A DNA stretch of 64,000 nucleotides. Origin: an uncultured Acidimicrobiia bacterium. Its GTDB lineage: Bacteria; Actinomycetota; Acidimicrobiia; Acidimicrobiales; AC-14. The translations under genes were made by a program, and so were the position numbers. This document shows positions 29,813 through 42,053 of the stretch, piece after piece. The stretch is taken from positions 512,001 to 576,000 of the forward strand of contig CAWIIV010000006.1 of assembly GCA_963836205.1 (NCBI GenBank), in the 5' to 3' direction. Under the pieces are notes generated by a model that made no database searches, was not told the DNA's origin, and saw only the letters and a program-made list of their open reading frames with translations. Each line of letters begins with the position of its first letter. Position 1 is the stretch's first letter.

Positions 29813-30922
29813 ATGGACGACGCGACGCTCGCCGCCCGGACCGAACGGGTCCGGGCCCGGATGGGGGAGCTCGAGGTCGACGTCCTCCTGCTCTCGCTCG
29901 GCGCCGACCTCCCGTGGCTCACCGGGTATCAGGCGATGCCCCTCGAGCGGCTCACCATGCTCGTCCTCCCGTTCGACGGCGAGGCCGTGCTCGTGGTCCC
30001 CCGCCTGGAGGCGCCGCGGGTCGAGCGCCACCCCGACCGGTTCGGGGTCCTGGCGTGGGAGGAGTCGGAGGACCCCATCGGTTTCGTGACCGAGCTCGCC
30101 GGCCGCCGGCCCCGGCAGCGGATCGCCATCTCCGACCGCACATGGGCCACCTTCGTCCTCCGCCTCCAGGACGCCATGCCCGACTGCTGGTGGCTCCCGT
30201 CGTCTGTCGTCACCTCGCCCCTGCGGGCGGTGAAGGACCCGTCCGAGGTCGACGCCCTCCGCCGGGCGGCGGCGGCGGCCGACCGGGTGGCGGCCCAGCT
30301 CATCGGGGGCGACATCCCGCTCGTGGGCCGCACCGAAGCCGACGTGTCTCGCGACATCGGGGAGCGCCTGGTGGCCGAGGGTCACCAGCGGGTCAACTTC
30401 GCCATCGTCGGCAGCGGCCCCAACTCGGCCAGCCCTCACCACGAGCCGGGACCCCGGGTCATCGGGCGGGACGAAGCGGTGGTCTGCGACTTCGGGGGCA
30501 CGCTCGACGGCTACTGCTCCGACATCACCCGCACCGTGTTCACCGGTCGCCCGCCCATCGAGTTCCGCACCCTCTACAACGTGCTGGAGGAGGCCCAGGC
30601 CATGGCGGTGGAGGCGGCCACCGTCGGCACCCGCTGCCAGGACGTCGACCTCGTGGCCCGGGCCCACATCCACGACGCCGGCTTCGGGGCCTACATCGTC
30701 CACCGCACCGGCCACGGCATCGGCCTGGAGGAGCACGAGGACCCCTACATCGCCGGTGGCAACGCCCTGCCCCTCGTCCACGGCCACGCCTTCTCCATCG
30801 AGCCCGGCATCTACGTCCCGGGACGCTTCGGTGCCCGCATCGAGGACATCGTGGTCGCCACCGACGACGGCCCCGAGCCCCTCAACCGGGTGGCCCACGG
30901 GTTGGCCCTGGTCGAGGCCTGA
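29813..30922 (+). CDS. M24 family Xaa-Pro peptidase
   Basis: SASPHH, DFGG..GYCSDITRT, HRTGHGIGLEEHE, FSIEPGIY, RIED; TAGCCT 7 nt before ATG 29813. Confidence 0.92.
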   Translation: MDDATLAARTERVRARMGELEVDVLLLSLGADLPWLTGYQAMPLERLTMLVLPFDGEAVLVVPRLEAPRVERHPDRFGVLAWEESEDPIGFVTELAGRRPRQRIAISDRTWATFVLRLQDAMPDCWWLPSSVVTSPLRAVKDPSEVDALRRAAAAADRVAAQLIGGDIPLVGRTEADVSRDIGERLVAEGHQRVNFAIVGSGPNSASPHHEPGPRVIGRDEAVVCDFGGTLDGYCSDITRTVFTGRPPIEFRTLYNVLEEAQAMAVEAATVGTRCQDVDLVARAHIHDAGFGAYIVHRTGHGIGLEEHEDPYIAGGNALPLVHGHAFSIEPGIYVPGRFGARIEDIVVATDDGPEPLNRVAHGLALVEA

Positions 30923-30928
30923 GGCGCC

Positions 30929-31654
30929 ATGGACCTCGGCCTCCACGGCAAGGTCGCCCTCGTCACCGCCTCTTCCAGGGGACTGGGTCGGGCGTCGGCC
31001 CAGGCCCTGGCCGAGGAGGGGGCCAGGCTGGTGATCTGCGCCCGGGGCGAGGAGGCGTTGGAGAAGGCCCGGGCCGAGCTGGCCGCCATCACCGAGGTGG
31101 TCGGCGTGGTGGCCGACGTCACCCGCCCCGACGTGCCCAGGAAGCTGGTCGACACGGCCGTCGACCGCTTCGGTGGCCTCGACGTGTTAGTCGCCAACGC
31201 CGGTGGCCCTCCCCCCATGCGGGCGCTCGACGTCGACGATGCCGCCCTCACCGCCGCGCTCAACGCCAACCTGCTCACGTCGATCCGCCTGGTGCAGGCC
31301 GCCGTGCCGCCGATGCGCACCGCCGGGTGGGGACGGATCGTGCTCATCGCCTCCACGTCGGTGAAGCAGCCGTTGCCCAACCTGGCCCTGTCGAACGCGG
31401 CCCGGGCCGGTCTGTGGGGCTGGGCCAAGACGGCGGCCCAGGATCTCTTCGGCGACGGGATCACGCTCAACCTGGCCCTCCCCGGCTACCACGCCACCCG
31501 TCGGATGCTCACCGTGGGTGCGCCCGACGGAGTCCCCCTGGGGGACCCGGGCGACTTCGGGAAGGTGGTCGCCTTCCTCTGCTCCGATCCGGCCCGCTTC
31601 GTCAGTGGTTCGGCGGTGGCGGTCGACGGGGCGAGGATTCTCGGCCTCAGCTGA
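30929..31654 (+). CDS. SDR family oxidoreductase
   Basis: VTASSRGLG, VANAGGPP, LSNAARAGL, VSGSAVAVDG. Confidence 0.92.
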   Translation: MDLGLHGKVALVTASSRGLGRASAQALAEEGARLVICARGEEALEKARAELAAITEVVGVVADVTRPDVPRKLVDTAVDRFGGLDVLVANAGGPPPMRALDVDDAALTAALNANLLTSIRLVQAAVPPMRTAGWGRIVLIASTSVKQPLPNLALSNAARAGLWGWAKTAAQDLFGDGITLNLALPGYHATRRMLTVGAPDGVPLGDPGDFGKVVAFLCSDPARFVSGSAVAVDGARILGLS

Positions 31655-31687
31655 GGCCGGACGGCAAGGCGGGGTCAGCGCCGGGTG

Positions 31688-31951
31688 CTACCGCTCGTCG
31701 GGGGAGCTCGGGTGCTGGTGGCGGCGGTTGGCGGGACGGTTGCGGCGGGCGGGCTCGTCCTGCAGGTCCTGGATGGCGTCCATGGCCCGGGTCCACTCGG
31801 CGGGCACGCCGTCGAGCTTGCGGAGGGAGTAGCGGAACTTCCAGATACCGGCGGTGCGCTTCAACCGCTCGCCGGCCAGGCGGGCGATGAGCAGAGCCAC
31901 GCCGAGCGCCAGACACACGTACGCCGCCACTTCCAAGATCGTGTCAGTCAT
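31688..31951 (-). CDS. Small hypothetical membrane-anchored protein
   Basis: GGAGA SD-like site before the ATG, N-terminal TM segment, fills an intergenic gap. Confidence 0.55.
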   Translation of the reverse strand: MTDTILEVAAYVCLALGVALLIARLAGERLKRTAGIWKFRYSLRKLDGVPAEWTRAMDAIQDLQDEPARRNRPANRRHQHPSSPDER

Positions 31952-32088
31952 GGTCTCGTCTCCCGGTCATCCTTTTCCTACATCTCTTTTCGGCATCGGG
32001 CGGCCAAAGCTTGAGTTCCGATACCTGACGATTCCTCCGCTGGGCGCCGTCCAAACCGGTTACGGAGCCCATGGGATGCTGGATGGCC

Positions 32089-32962
32089 GTGATCCGCCTC
32101 GACGCCGCCACGGTGCTGCTCCAGTGGGCCACCGGCGGCCTCTTCTTCCTCTGGGTCACGTCCCGCCGGCGACTGCTCGGGATCGGCTACGGCTGGCTGC
32201 TGCGCACGGTCTACGTGGTGATCGCGGCCGGCGCAGTGGTGGCCGGGCCAGCTCACCGAACCGGAGCCGGTGCGGGACGGGGCGGCCGCCGTGGTCGCGG
32301 TGGCGGCGGGCGTCGCCCTCGTCGTCTCGATCGTCCGGCGCAAGGCCGGCGTCTCCGGCGGGCGGGCCCTGAAGGAACGGCGGGCGGCCCGGGTGGCGGC
32401 CATGCTCGGTGGCCCGGACGGCGCCGGCCCCACGACCATCCCAGCCCCCGCGCCCCCGCCGGCCAAGGAGTTCCCTCCCGCCCTCGACCTGATCGCCCCC
32501 GCCATCGGCCTCGTCGGGCTGGTCGCGGCCGCGCTCGACTCCGGCGGACCCACCGCGCTCGCCCTTGTCCGCATCCTGGCCGGGGCCGCGTTCCTGGGCG
32601 CGGTGTCCGACGCCATGCTCCTGGGCCACTGGTACCTGGTGCAGCCCGGCCTCGGCCGGGAGCCCCTGCTCGAGCTCAACCGGTGGCTGGCCATCGCCTG
32701 GCCGATCGAGGTCGGCGCCCTCCTGTGGCCCACGGGCATGCTCTCGGTGCTGTCGGGCTCGGTCGACGACGGATGGAACGGCACCCTGGGCTGGTTCTGG
32801 GTCGCGTGCGCGGTCACCACCCTCGCCCTCACCGTCGTCACCAGCAAGGCCCTGGAGGAGAAGTCGTACTCGGCGGTGATGGCCGCCACCGGCCTTCTCT
32901 ACCTGGCCATCCTCATGGCCTTCGGCACCGACCTGGTGGCCCGGGCGGTGCTCGCCGGCTGA
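32089..32962 (+). CDS. Conserved multi-pass membrane protein (frameshift near 32255)
   Basis: LLQWATGGLFFLWVT in one frame; DAMLLGHWYLVQPGL and SAVMAATGLLYLA in ORF 32270..32962. Confidence 0.75.
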
Positions 32963-32998
32963 CCGGGGCCGGCCGGCGAGCGCCCGCACCGACCGCCG

Positions 32999-34801
32999 TC
33001 AGAACAGGTCGTACGCCGGCCAGGCCACGGGACTGGACACGACGGCGTCGATCACGCCCTTGAGCTCGAAGCAGAACCCGTCGTTTGCGGGACGGGTGTT
33101 GCAGAGCACGGCGAACGAGAACCCATCGTCGCGGCGGACGAGGAACCCGATGGTGCCGTTCATGGCCCCGTTGTGGCCGCGATAGGCGCTGTCGACGATC
33201 CACCCGAGCCCGTAGCCGGGATTGGCCGGGGCGCCGGCGAACATCGTGGCCTCGGTGTTGGCGAAGAGGATGTCGGTCTTCGCCCCGAAGCCGTCGGCCC
33301 GCACCATCAGGCGCAGGAGGTCGATGGGCGTGGCGATCCAGCCGCCGTGGGCATCCATGTGGCGGGGCCGGAGGTTGTAGGCGCCGCCGCCCTGGTAGAC
33401 GACCTCCCCCGGCTTGCGATCGGCGAGGGTGTCGCCGCCGATCTCCATCCGGGAGATCCCACAGCCGCTGAGCATGAGCTTGACGTGGTTCTCGTAGGTC
33501 TGGCCGGTGACCTTCTCGATCACCCGCCCCAGGACGCAGTACCCGAAGTTGCAGTACTCGTTGGCCGCGCCCGGCGTCGTCTTCAACGGTCGGTTGTCGA
33601 GCATCCAGTCGATCACCGCCTTGTGGGAGGCGTGCCCGGCGAACATCGGGTCACCGCCGTCGTTGGTGAACCCGCTGGTGTGCTGGAGCAGGTGGCGGAC
33701 GGTGATGGCCTTGACCCCGGCCGAATACGGCTTCTTCCCGTAGGTGGTGCCGAGGATGGCGCCGGCGCCGAAGACCTTGCCGTCGAGTTGCAGCTTGCCC
33801 GCCTCCACCAGGTCCATCACGTCGACCGCGGTGATCGGCTTGGACACGCTGGCCACCCGGAAGCGGTGCTTGGGATGGACCTTCTCGGCGTTGGACGGGT
33901 CGGCGTCGCCGTAGCCCTTGGCGAAGACCAGGCGCTCGCCCCTGGTGATCGCCACCGACAGGCCGGGAATGGTGTGCTTCGCGATGTAGGCCTCGATCTT
34001 GGAGTCGATCGACGCCAGGTCGGCCCCGGCGATGCCCTCCGCCGTCCAGATGGCGGCGTAGCGGGCGCCGGCGGCGACGCCGTAGCCGCTCACCCACGCC
34101 AGTCGGTAGCCCTGGTAGTAGGCGTTGTCGAACTCGCCCTGGTACCGGGCCGACGGCATCCGGTGGCGGGCCAGCCAGGCCGGCCCCGACGACTTGTCCC
34201 AGATGGCGGCGTAGCGGTCCTGGCCGCCGACGCTGTACCCGCTGACCTGCACCAGGCGGAAGCCCTGGCCCACAAACTTGTCGAACTCGGCCTGGTACTG
34301 GGCCGAGGTCATCCCGTGGCGGGCGGTCCACGCCGGCCCCGCGGCCTTGCTCCAGATGGCGGCGTAGCGCTCCTGGCCGCCGACCTCGTAGCCGCTCACC
34401 AGCGCCAGGCGGAAGCCCTGGCCGACCAGCTTGTCGAACTCGGCCTGGTACTGGGCCGAGGTCATCCCGTGGCGGGCGGACCACCCCGGGCTGGGGGTCT
34501 TGTCCCAGATGGCGGCGTAGCGGTCCTGGCCGTCGACGGTGTAGCCGCTGACCTCGACCAGCCGGAAGCCCTGGCCCACGAACGTGTCGAACGCGGCCTG
34601 GTACTGGGCCGCCGTCATCCGGTGGCGGGCGACCCATCCGGGGCTGGGAGACTTCTCCCAGATGGCGGCATAGCGGTCGCTGCCGTTCACCGTGTAACCG
34701 TCGACGTGCACCAGGCGGAAGCCCTGGCCCACCAGCTTGTCGAACTCCACCTGGTACTGGTCGGACGTCAGCCCGTGCCGGGCCGCCCATGCGGTCGCCA
34801 T
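32999..34801 (-). CDS. Serine hydrolase (beta-lactamase fold) with five N-terminal ~49-aa tandem repeats (BTRD1-like)
   Basis: Repeat WxARHGMTSAQYQAEFDKLVGQGFRLVxVSGY..RYAAIW; SVSK (SxxK), LLQHTSG, YCN, GHNG. Confidence 0.9.
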   Translation of the reverse strand: MATAWAARHGLTSDQYQVEFDKLVGQGFRLVHVDGYTVNGSDRYAAIWEKSPSPGWVARHRMTAAQYQAAFDTFVGQGFRLVEVSGYTVDGQDRYAAIWDKTPSPGWSARHGMTSAQYQAEFDKLVGQGFRLALVSGYEVGGQERYAAIWSKAAGPAWTARHGMTSAQYQAEFDKFVGQGFRLVQVSGYSVGGQDRYAAIWDKSSGPAWLARHRMPSARYQGEFDNAYYQGYRLAWVSGYGVAAGARYAAIWTAEGIAGADLASIDSKIEAYIAKHTIPGLSVAITRGERLVFAKGYGDADPSNAEKVHPKHRFRVASVSKPITAVDVMDLVEAGKLQLDGKVFGAGAILGTTYGKKPYSAGVKAITVRHLLQHTSGFTNDGGDPMFAGHASHKAVIDWMLDNRPLKTTPGAANEYCNFGYCVLGRVIEKVTGQTYENHVKLMLSGCGISRMEIGGDTLADRKPGEVVYQGGGAYNLRPRHMDAHGGWIATPIDLLRLMVRADGFGAKTDILFANTEATMFAGAPANPGYGLGWIVDSAYRGHNGAMNGTIGFLVRRDDGFSFAVLCNTRPANDGFCFELKGVIDAVVSSPVAWPAYDLF

Positions 34802-34900
34802 CTCGAAGACCTCCTCTGTCGGGTGCCACTTTCGAGCGTGACGGGGAACCGGAGCTACGACAATGGGACGTTCGACCCACCGTCGGACAAGCTGTCGCCC

Positions 34901-35281
34901 ATGGCGACCCAGGACGACGTCCGCCGCATCGCCCTGTCGCTCCCCGACACCACCGAGGGCGAGGACCGGTTCGCGTTCTCCGTCCGCCACCGCGACAAGG
35001 AGAAGGCCTTCGCCTTCGTGTGGATGGAGCGGTTGGAGCCGAAGCAGCCGCGAGTGCCGAACCCCGACGTGCTGGCCGTCCGGGTGGCGAACGAGGCCGA
35101 GAAGCAGGCCCTGATCGCCGCCACCCCCGACCGGTTCTTCACCGAGCACCACTACAACGGCTTCCCGGCCGTGCTCGTCCGGCTCCCGGCCATCGACGTC
35201 GACGAGTTGGAAGAGCTGCTCACCGATGCTTGGCGCACCCAGGCGCCGAAAGCCTTGGTCAGGGACTTCGACACCCGCTAG
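34901..35281 (+). CDS. MmcQ/YjbR family protein
   Basis: MATQDDVRRIALSLP, FFTEHHYNGFPAVLVRL, LTDAWRTQAPKAL. Confidence 0.9.
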   Translation: MATQDDVRRIALSLPDTTEGEDRFAFSVRHRDKEKAFAFVWMERLEPKQPRVPNPDVLAVRVANEAEKQALIAATPDRFFTEHHYNGFPAVLVRLPAIDVDELEELLTDAWRTQAPKALVRDFDTR

Positions 35282-35284
35282 CCG

Positions 35285-37057
35285 CTAGCCGCCGTGGTGT
35301 TCCATCGCCGTCGGAAGCTTGTCGACGATCTCGATCATCTCCATCATCCCCAGGTCCTCGTGGTCGAGGATGTGGCAGTGGAGGACGAACGGGCCGGTGA
35401 AGTCCAGGTACTCGGTGTACACGTACAGGTCGGGCGCCGCTGGTGGCACCAGCAACGTGTCCTTCCACACCAGCTCCTCCTCCCCGGCTGGGTTGTCCCT
35501 CGCCCATTGGAAGGGGTTGACGTGGATGTGGAAGATGTGGGGTAGCGGCGGTAGTCCGGGGGCGCTCCTCGGCACGCCCGGCGGGTCGCCGGTGGTGGTG
35601 AGCTTCCACGCCTGGATCGTGTTCAGCTCCAGGTACCGGATGTTGGCCTCGTCGAACGCCTGGCCGTTGACCTGGAAGTAGTGCTTGAGGGAGCCCTCGA
35701 GGTCGCTGCCGAGCTTGAACGTCAACTCCTCGATGCCCACGGCGGTCTTGCGCAGGTCGGTGTCACCGCGGAAGGCCAACGGCTTCATCTCGGCCGCAGT
35801 GGGCAGCTGCATGTCGAGCGGGTCTCCTTCGACCACGACCTCGGCCACCGTGCCCGCGTCCTCCGCCACTCCCTGGACGGCAGACCGGGCCGCGGCCTTG
35901 GCGTCGATCAGGTGGTAGGTCCCCGGCTTGGAGCTGGCCTTGACCAACACGTCGCTGCGGTAGCCGGCCTCCAGCTCGACGGTCTGATCGACGTCCCACG
36001 TGTCGACCTGGCCCGTGTACAGGCCGTCGAGGGCGATCTCGTGGAGCTGATGCTCGGCCAGCCTGAGGTTCAGCGACTCCCCGAACGTGGCCGAGATCAT
36101 CCGCCAGCGCTGCACCTCGCCTGGCTGCATGTGGATCCGGGGCACGATCTGGCCGTTGATGGTGGTGGACCGCTTGGAGTTCTGCCAGGTGCAGGTGTCG
36201 CGGCCCTCGGCGCAGAAACCGGCGGTGACCGGGGAGTCGGGGAAGAAGGCGGCGATGTTGTTGAGCTGGCCGTTGGTGTCGTAGAGGATCGACTGGAAGA
36301 CCATGACCCGCTCCCGCCTGGTCGCCTCCAGCAGCGAGGGTGGCAACGTGGACTCGTCGTCCTCCACGATGAGGGCGCCGGCCATGCCGCTTGCCACCTG
36401 GACCCCGCTGGAGCCGTGGGTGTGGGCGTGGTACCAGAAGGTGCCCGCGGGATGGTCGGCCGGCACCGGGATCTGGTAGCGGAAGTCGACCCCCGGCTCG
36501 ATCGCGAGCAGGACGTTGTCGCTGTTGCCGGTCGGGGACACGTGCAGGCCGTGGGTGTGGATGTTGGTCGTGTTGTAGGCGTTCGGCGTCGTGGCCAGGT
36601 AGGCGGCATCCACCTGCTGCTGGACGTCGCGCGCGGTGTCGTTCGGGGGCAGGTCGTTCTTCAGGTGGAAGTCGATGGTCTCGCCCGGCTTGGCCCGGAT
36701 GGTGGGCCCCACCAGCTTCCCGTTGTAGGAACGGAGCTTCACGACACAGCCGCCCAGCATGGTGTTGTCGTCCGAATACCGCACGGACAGCGTCTTCGAC
36801 CCGTCCGTGAACCGCTCGTCGGGCGGGTTCACCAACGGCTGGAGCCCGACGCCGTTGGCGGCCGGGTTGACGGCGTCGTAGGGGCAGGGACCGCCGGTGT
36901 ACGGCCCGGGCGGCGGCGGCGGGGGGACGGACGTCGGGATCAAGGTGTCCGGAGGGGCGGACGTCGAGGTGGCCGAGCCCGACGGCTCGGAGTCGCTACA
37001 GGCCGCCGCCAGGAGGACGGCGACCGCCACGGCCACAGCCCGGTACCCGCTCTTCAT
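35285..37057 (-). CDS. Multicopper oxidase lipoprotein
   Basis: Lipobox LAAAC; NIHTHG, WYHAH, HIFHIH, HCHILDHEDLGMM. Confidence 0.93.
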   Translation of the reverse strand: MKSGYRAVAVAVAVLLAAACSDSEPSGSATSTSAPPDTLIPTSVPPPPPPGPYTGGPCPYDAVNPAANGVGLQPLVNPPDERFTDGSKTLSVRYSDDNTMLGGCVVKLRSYNGKLVGPTIRAKPGETIDFHLKNDLPPNDTARDVQQQVDAAYLATTPNAYNTTNIHTHGLHVSPTGNSDNVLLAIEPGVDFRYQIPVPADHPAGTFWYHAHTHGSSGVQVASGMAGALIVEDDESTLPPSLLEATRRERVMVFQSILYDTNGQLNNIAAFFPDSPVTAGFCAEGRDTCTWQNSKRSTTINGQIVPRIHMQPGEVQRWRMISATFGESLNLRLAEHQLHEIALDGLYTGQVDTWDVDQTVELEAGYRSDVLVKASSKPGTYHLIDAKAAARSAVQGVAEDAGTVAEVVVEGDPLDMQLPTAAEMKPLAFRGDTDLRKTAVGIEELTFKLGSDLEGSLKHYFQVNGQAFDEANIRYLELNTIQAWKLTTTGDPPGVPRSAPGLPPLPHIFHIHVNPFQWARDNPAGEEELVWKDTLLVPPAAPDLYVYTEYLDFTGPFVLHCHILDHEDLGMMEMIEIVDKLPTAMEHHGG

Positions 37058-37153
37058 GGTTTCCTCCGCCCCCAGACGCCGAAGACCCAACGTGAAGACG
37101 GTCAGTCTTCGCGGGGCGGCGGCCCGCTGTCAACAGGTCCGGGCCGGTGACCC

Positions 37154-37191
37154 CTCTTCACCGGGCTACCGGGCGACCACTCTTCACCGGG

Positions 37192-37203
<12 letters not shown>
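37154..37203. repeat. 24-bp direct repeat (26-bp period) covering the metH stop
   Basis: CTCTTCACCGGGCTACCGGGCGAC at 37154-37177 and 37180-37203. Confidence 0.9.
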
Positions 37204-40649
<3,446 letters not shown>

Positions 40650-40958
40650 GTGGAGATCCAGGCTAATGGGGCAGGCCACGGTGCTCGGTCGGAAAACGGG
40701 CAGGTCGCCGTGCTCGGCCGCCGACGGGGGCCGGCGATGGCCTCAGGGGCTCCCAGCCCACGCCGGGGGCTTGCCTCCGCCGCAGCGGCCCTCGACGCCA
40801 CCAGTAGGCCGATGGCACCGCTCGAGTCGGCACGTTTGCCGCCTGTCAAGGTGGCGGTGTCCGTCGGGCCGTCCGTGAACGCCGACATCGGCCGGCGCGA
40901 GTCCAAGTGTCCTCACTCGCAGACCCCGCTCGGGCATGATGCAGTGATGACATCGCGC

Positions 40959-41639
40959 ATGGCATCGATCCTCGAGCGGCCGGTCTACGGCATCTCGGAG
41001 GCCGCTGGCCTGCTTGGCCTGCGTCCCGATCGAGCGCGTGCATGGGTCGACGGGTACGAGCGTCAGGGTTCGTTCTACGCCCCGGTCATCCGCGAGGAAC
41101 GAACTGGCGATGACGTTCTGACCTGGGGCGAGTTCGTTGAGCTCGGGTACCTCCGGGAGTACCGACGAAAAGGCGTACCCCTGCAGCGCCTGCGGCCGGT
41201 GATCGACGAGCTGCGCAAGGAGTTCCACACTCCCTACCCGCTGGCGACGGCAACGCCATACCTCTACGGCAAGGAGCTTGTTCTCAAGCTTCAGGAGGAG
41301 AACGAAATACCGCGAGCCATCGCGATCGTCGTCGCATCGGGACAGACGATCGCCTTCGCCGACGAGACCAACCGCTTCCTGAAGAAGGTCGAGTTCGATC
41401 CCCCCGAGGATGGCGATGTCCGACGGCTCTATCCCGCAGGGACAGCATCGCCGGTCGTGATCGACCCGCTACTGCGATTCGGCCGGCCGACTGTCCAGGG
41501 CGTCGCGACGGAGCGACTCTGGGAGCTGTTCGACGCCGGAGAATCGGTGGAAACCATCGCCGATGGCTACGAGCTGGCGGAGGACCTGGTCAAGTCGGCG
41601 GTCGCGTACGAGGAACAGCAGCGCTCCCTCGCGGCATAG
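40959..41639 (+). CDS. DUF433-domain antitoxin with N-terminal HTH (VapB45-like)
   Basis: YGISEAAGLLGL, WGEFVE, GVPLQRLR, VVIDPLLRFGRPTV, GESVETIADGY. Confidence 0.88.
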   Translation: MASILERPVYGISEAAGLLGLRPDRARAWVDGYERQGSFYAPVIREERTGDDVLTWGEFVELGYLREYRRKGVPLQRLRPVIDELRKEFHTPYPLATATPYLYGKELVLKLQEENEIPRAIAIVVASGQTIAFADETNRFLKKVEFDPPEDGDVRRLYPAGTASPVVIDPLLRFGRPTVQGVATERLWELFDAGESVETIADGYELAEDLVKSAVAYEEQQRSLAA

Positions 41640-41645
41640 ACCTCG

Positions 41646-42041
41646 GTGGCGGCCAGGTTCTTCGTCGACGAGAACGACCTGGCCCTCGGAAAGGCACTCG
41701 CCGTCCAGCATGACGACGTCGTCTACCCCGGGCACTCCGCCCTCCCCGATGTCCCCCGAGGCTGCCTGGACGACGTTTGGCTGCCGGTCGTTGGCGGCCG
41801 AGGGCTGGTCGTGATCACCCGCGATCAGCGGATCCGATACCGACCCGTCGAAGAGCGCATGTGGGTCATGCACCGAGTCCGGGGCTTTGTGCTCACCGGC
41901 CGGGGGAGTCAATCGACAGCGGAGAGCCTGGCCGTTCTCGATAGGAAGTGGTCCGGAATGGAGAGCTTCCTCGCGGCGCGGCGCCTCGGCCCATGGATGT
42001 ACGCCGTCACGGAGAAGAGGCTGCGCGAGATCACTTTGTAG
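41646..42041 (+). CDS. PIN-like toxin (VapC45-like)
   Basis: RFFVDENDL, DDVWL, VITRDQRIRYRPVE; downstream of the DUF433 gene. Confidence 0.85.
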   Translation: MAARFFVDENDLALGKALAVQHDDVVYPGHSALPDVPRGCLDDVWLPVVGGRGLVVITRDQRIRYRPVEERMWVMHRVRGFVLTGRGSQSTAESLAVLDRKWSGMESFLAARRLGPWMYAVTEKRLREITL

Positions 42042-42053
42042 CCCGAAGCGGCC

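Noticed and set aside
40650-40950. SAM or cobalamin riboswitch upstream of metH
   Set aside because: No consensus motifs seen; a -10-like TAGCCT lies about 10 nt before the ATG, leaving no room for a leader
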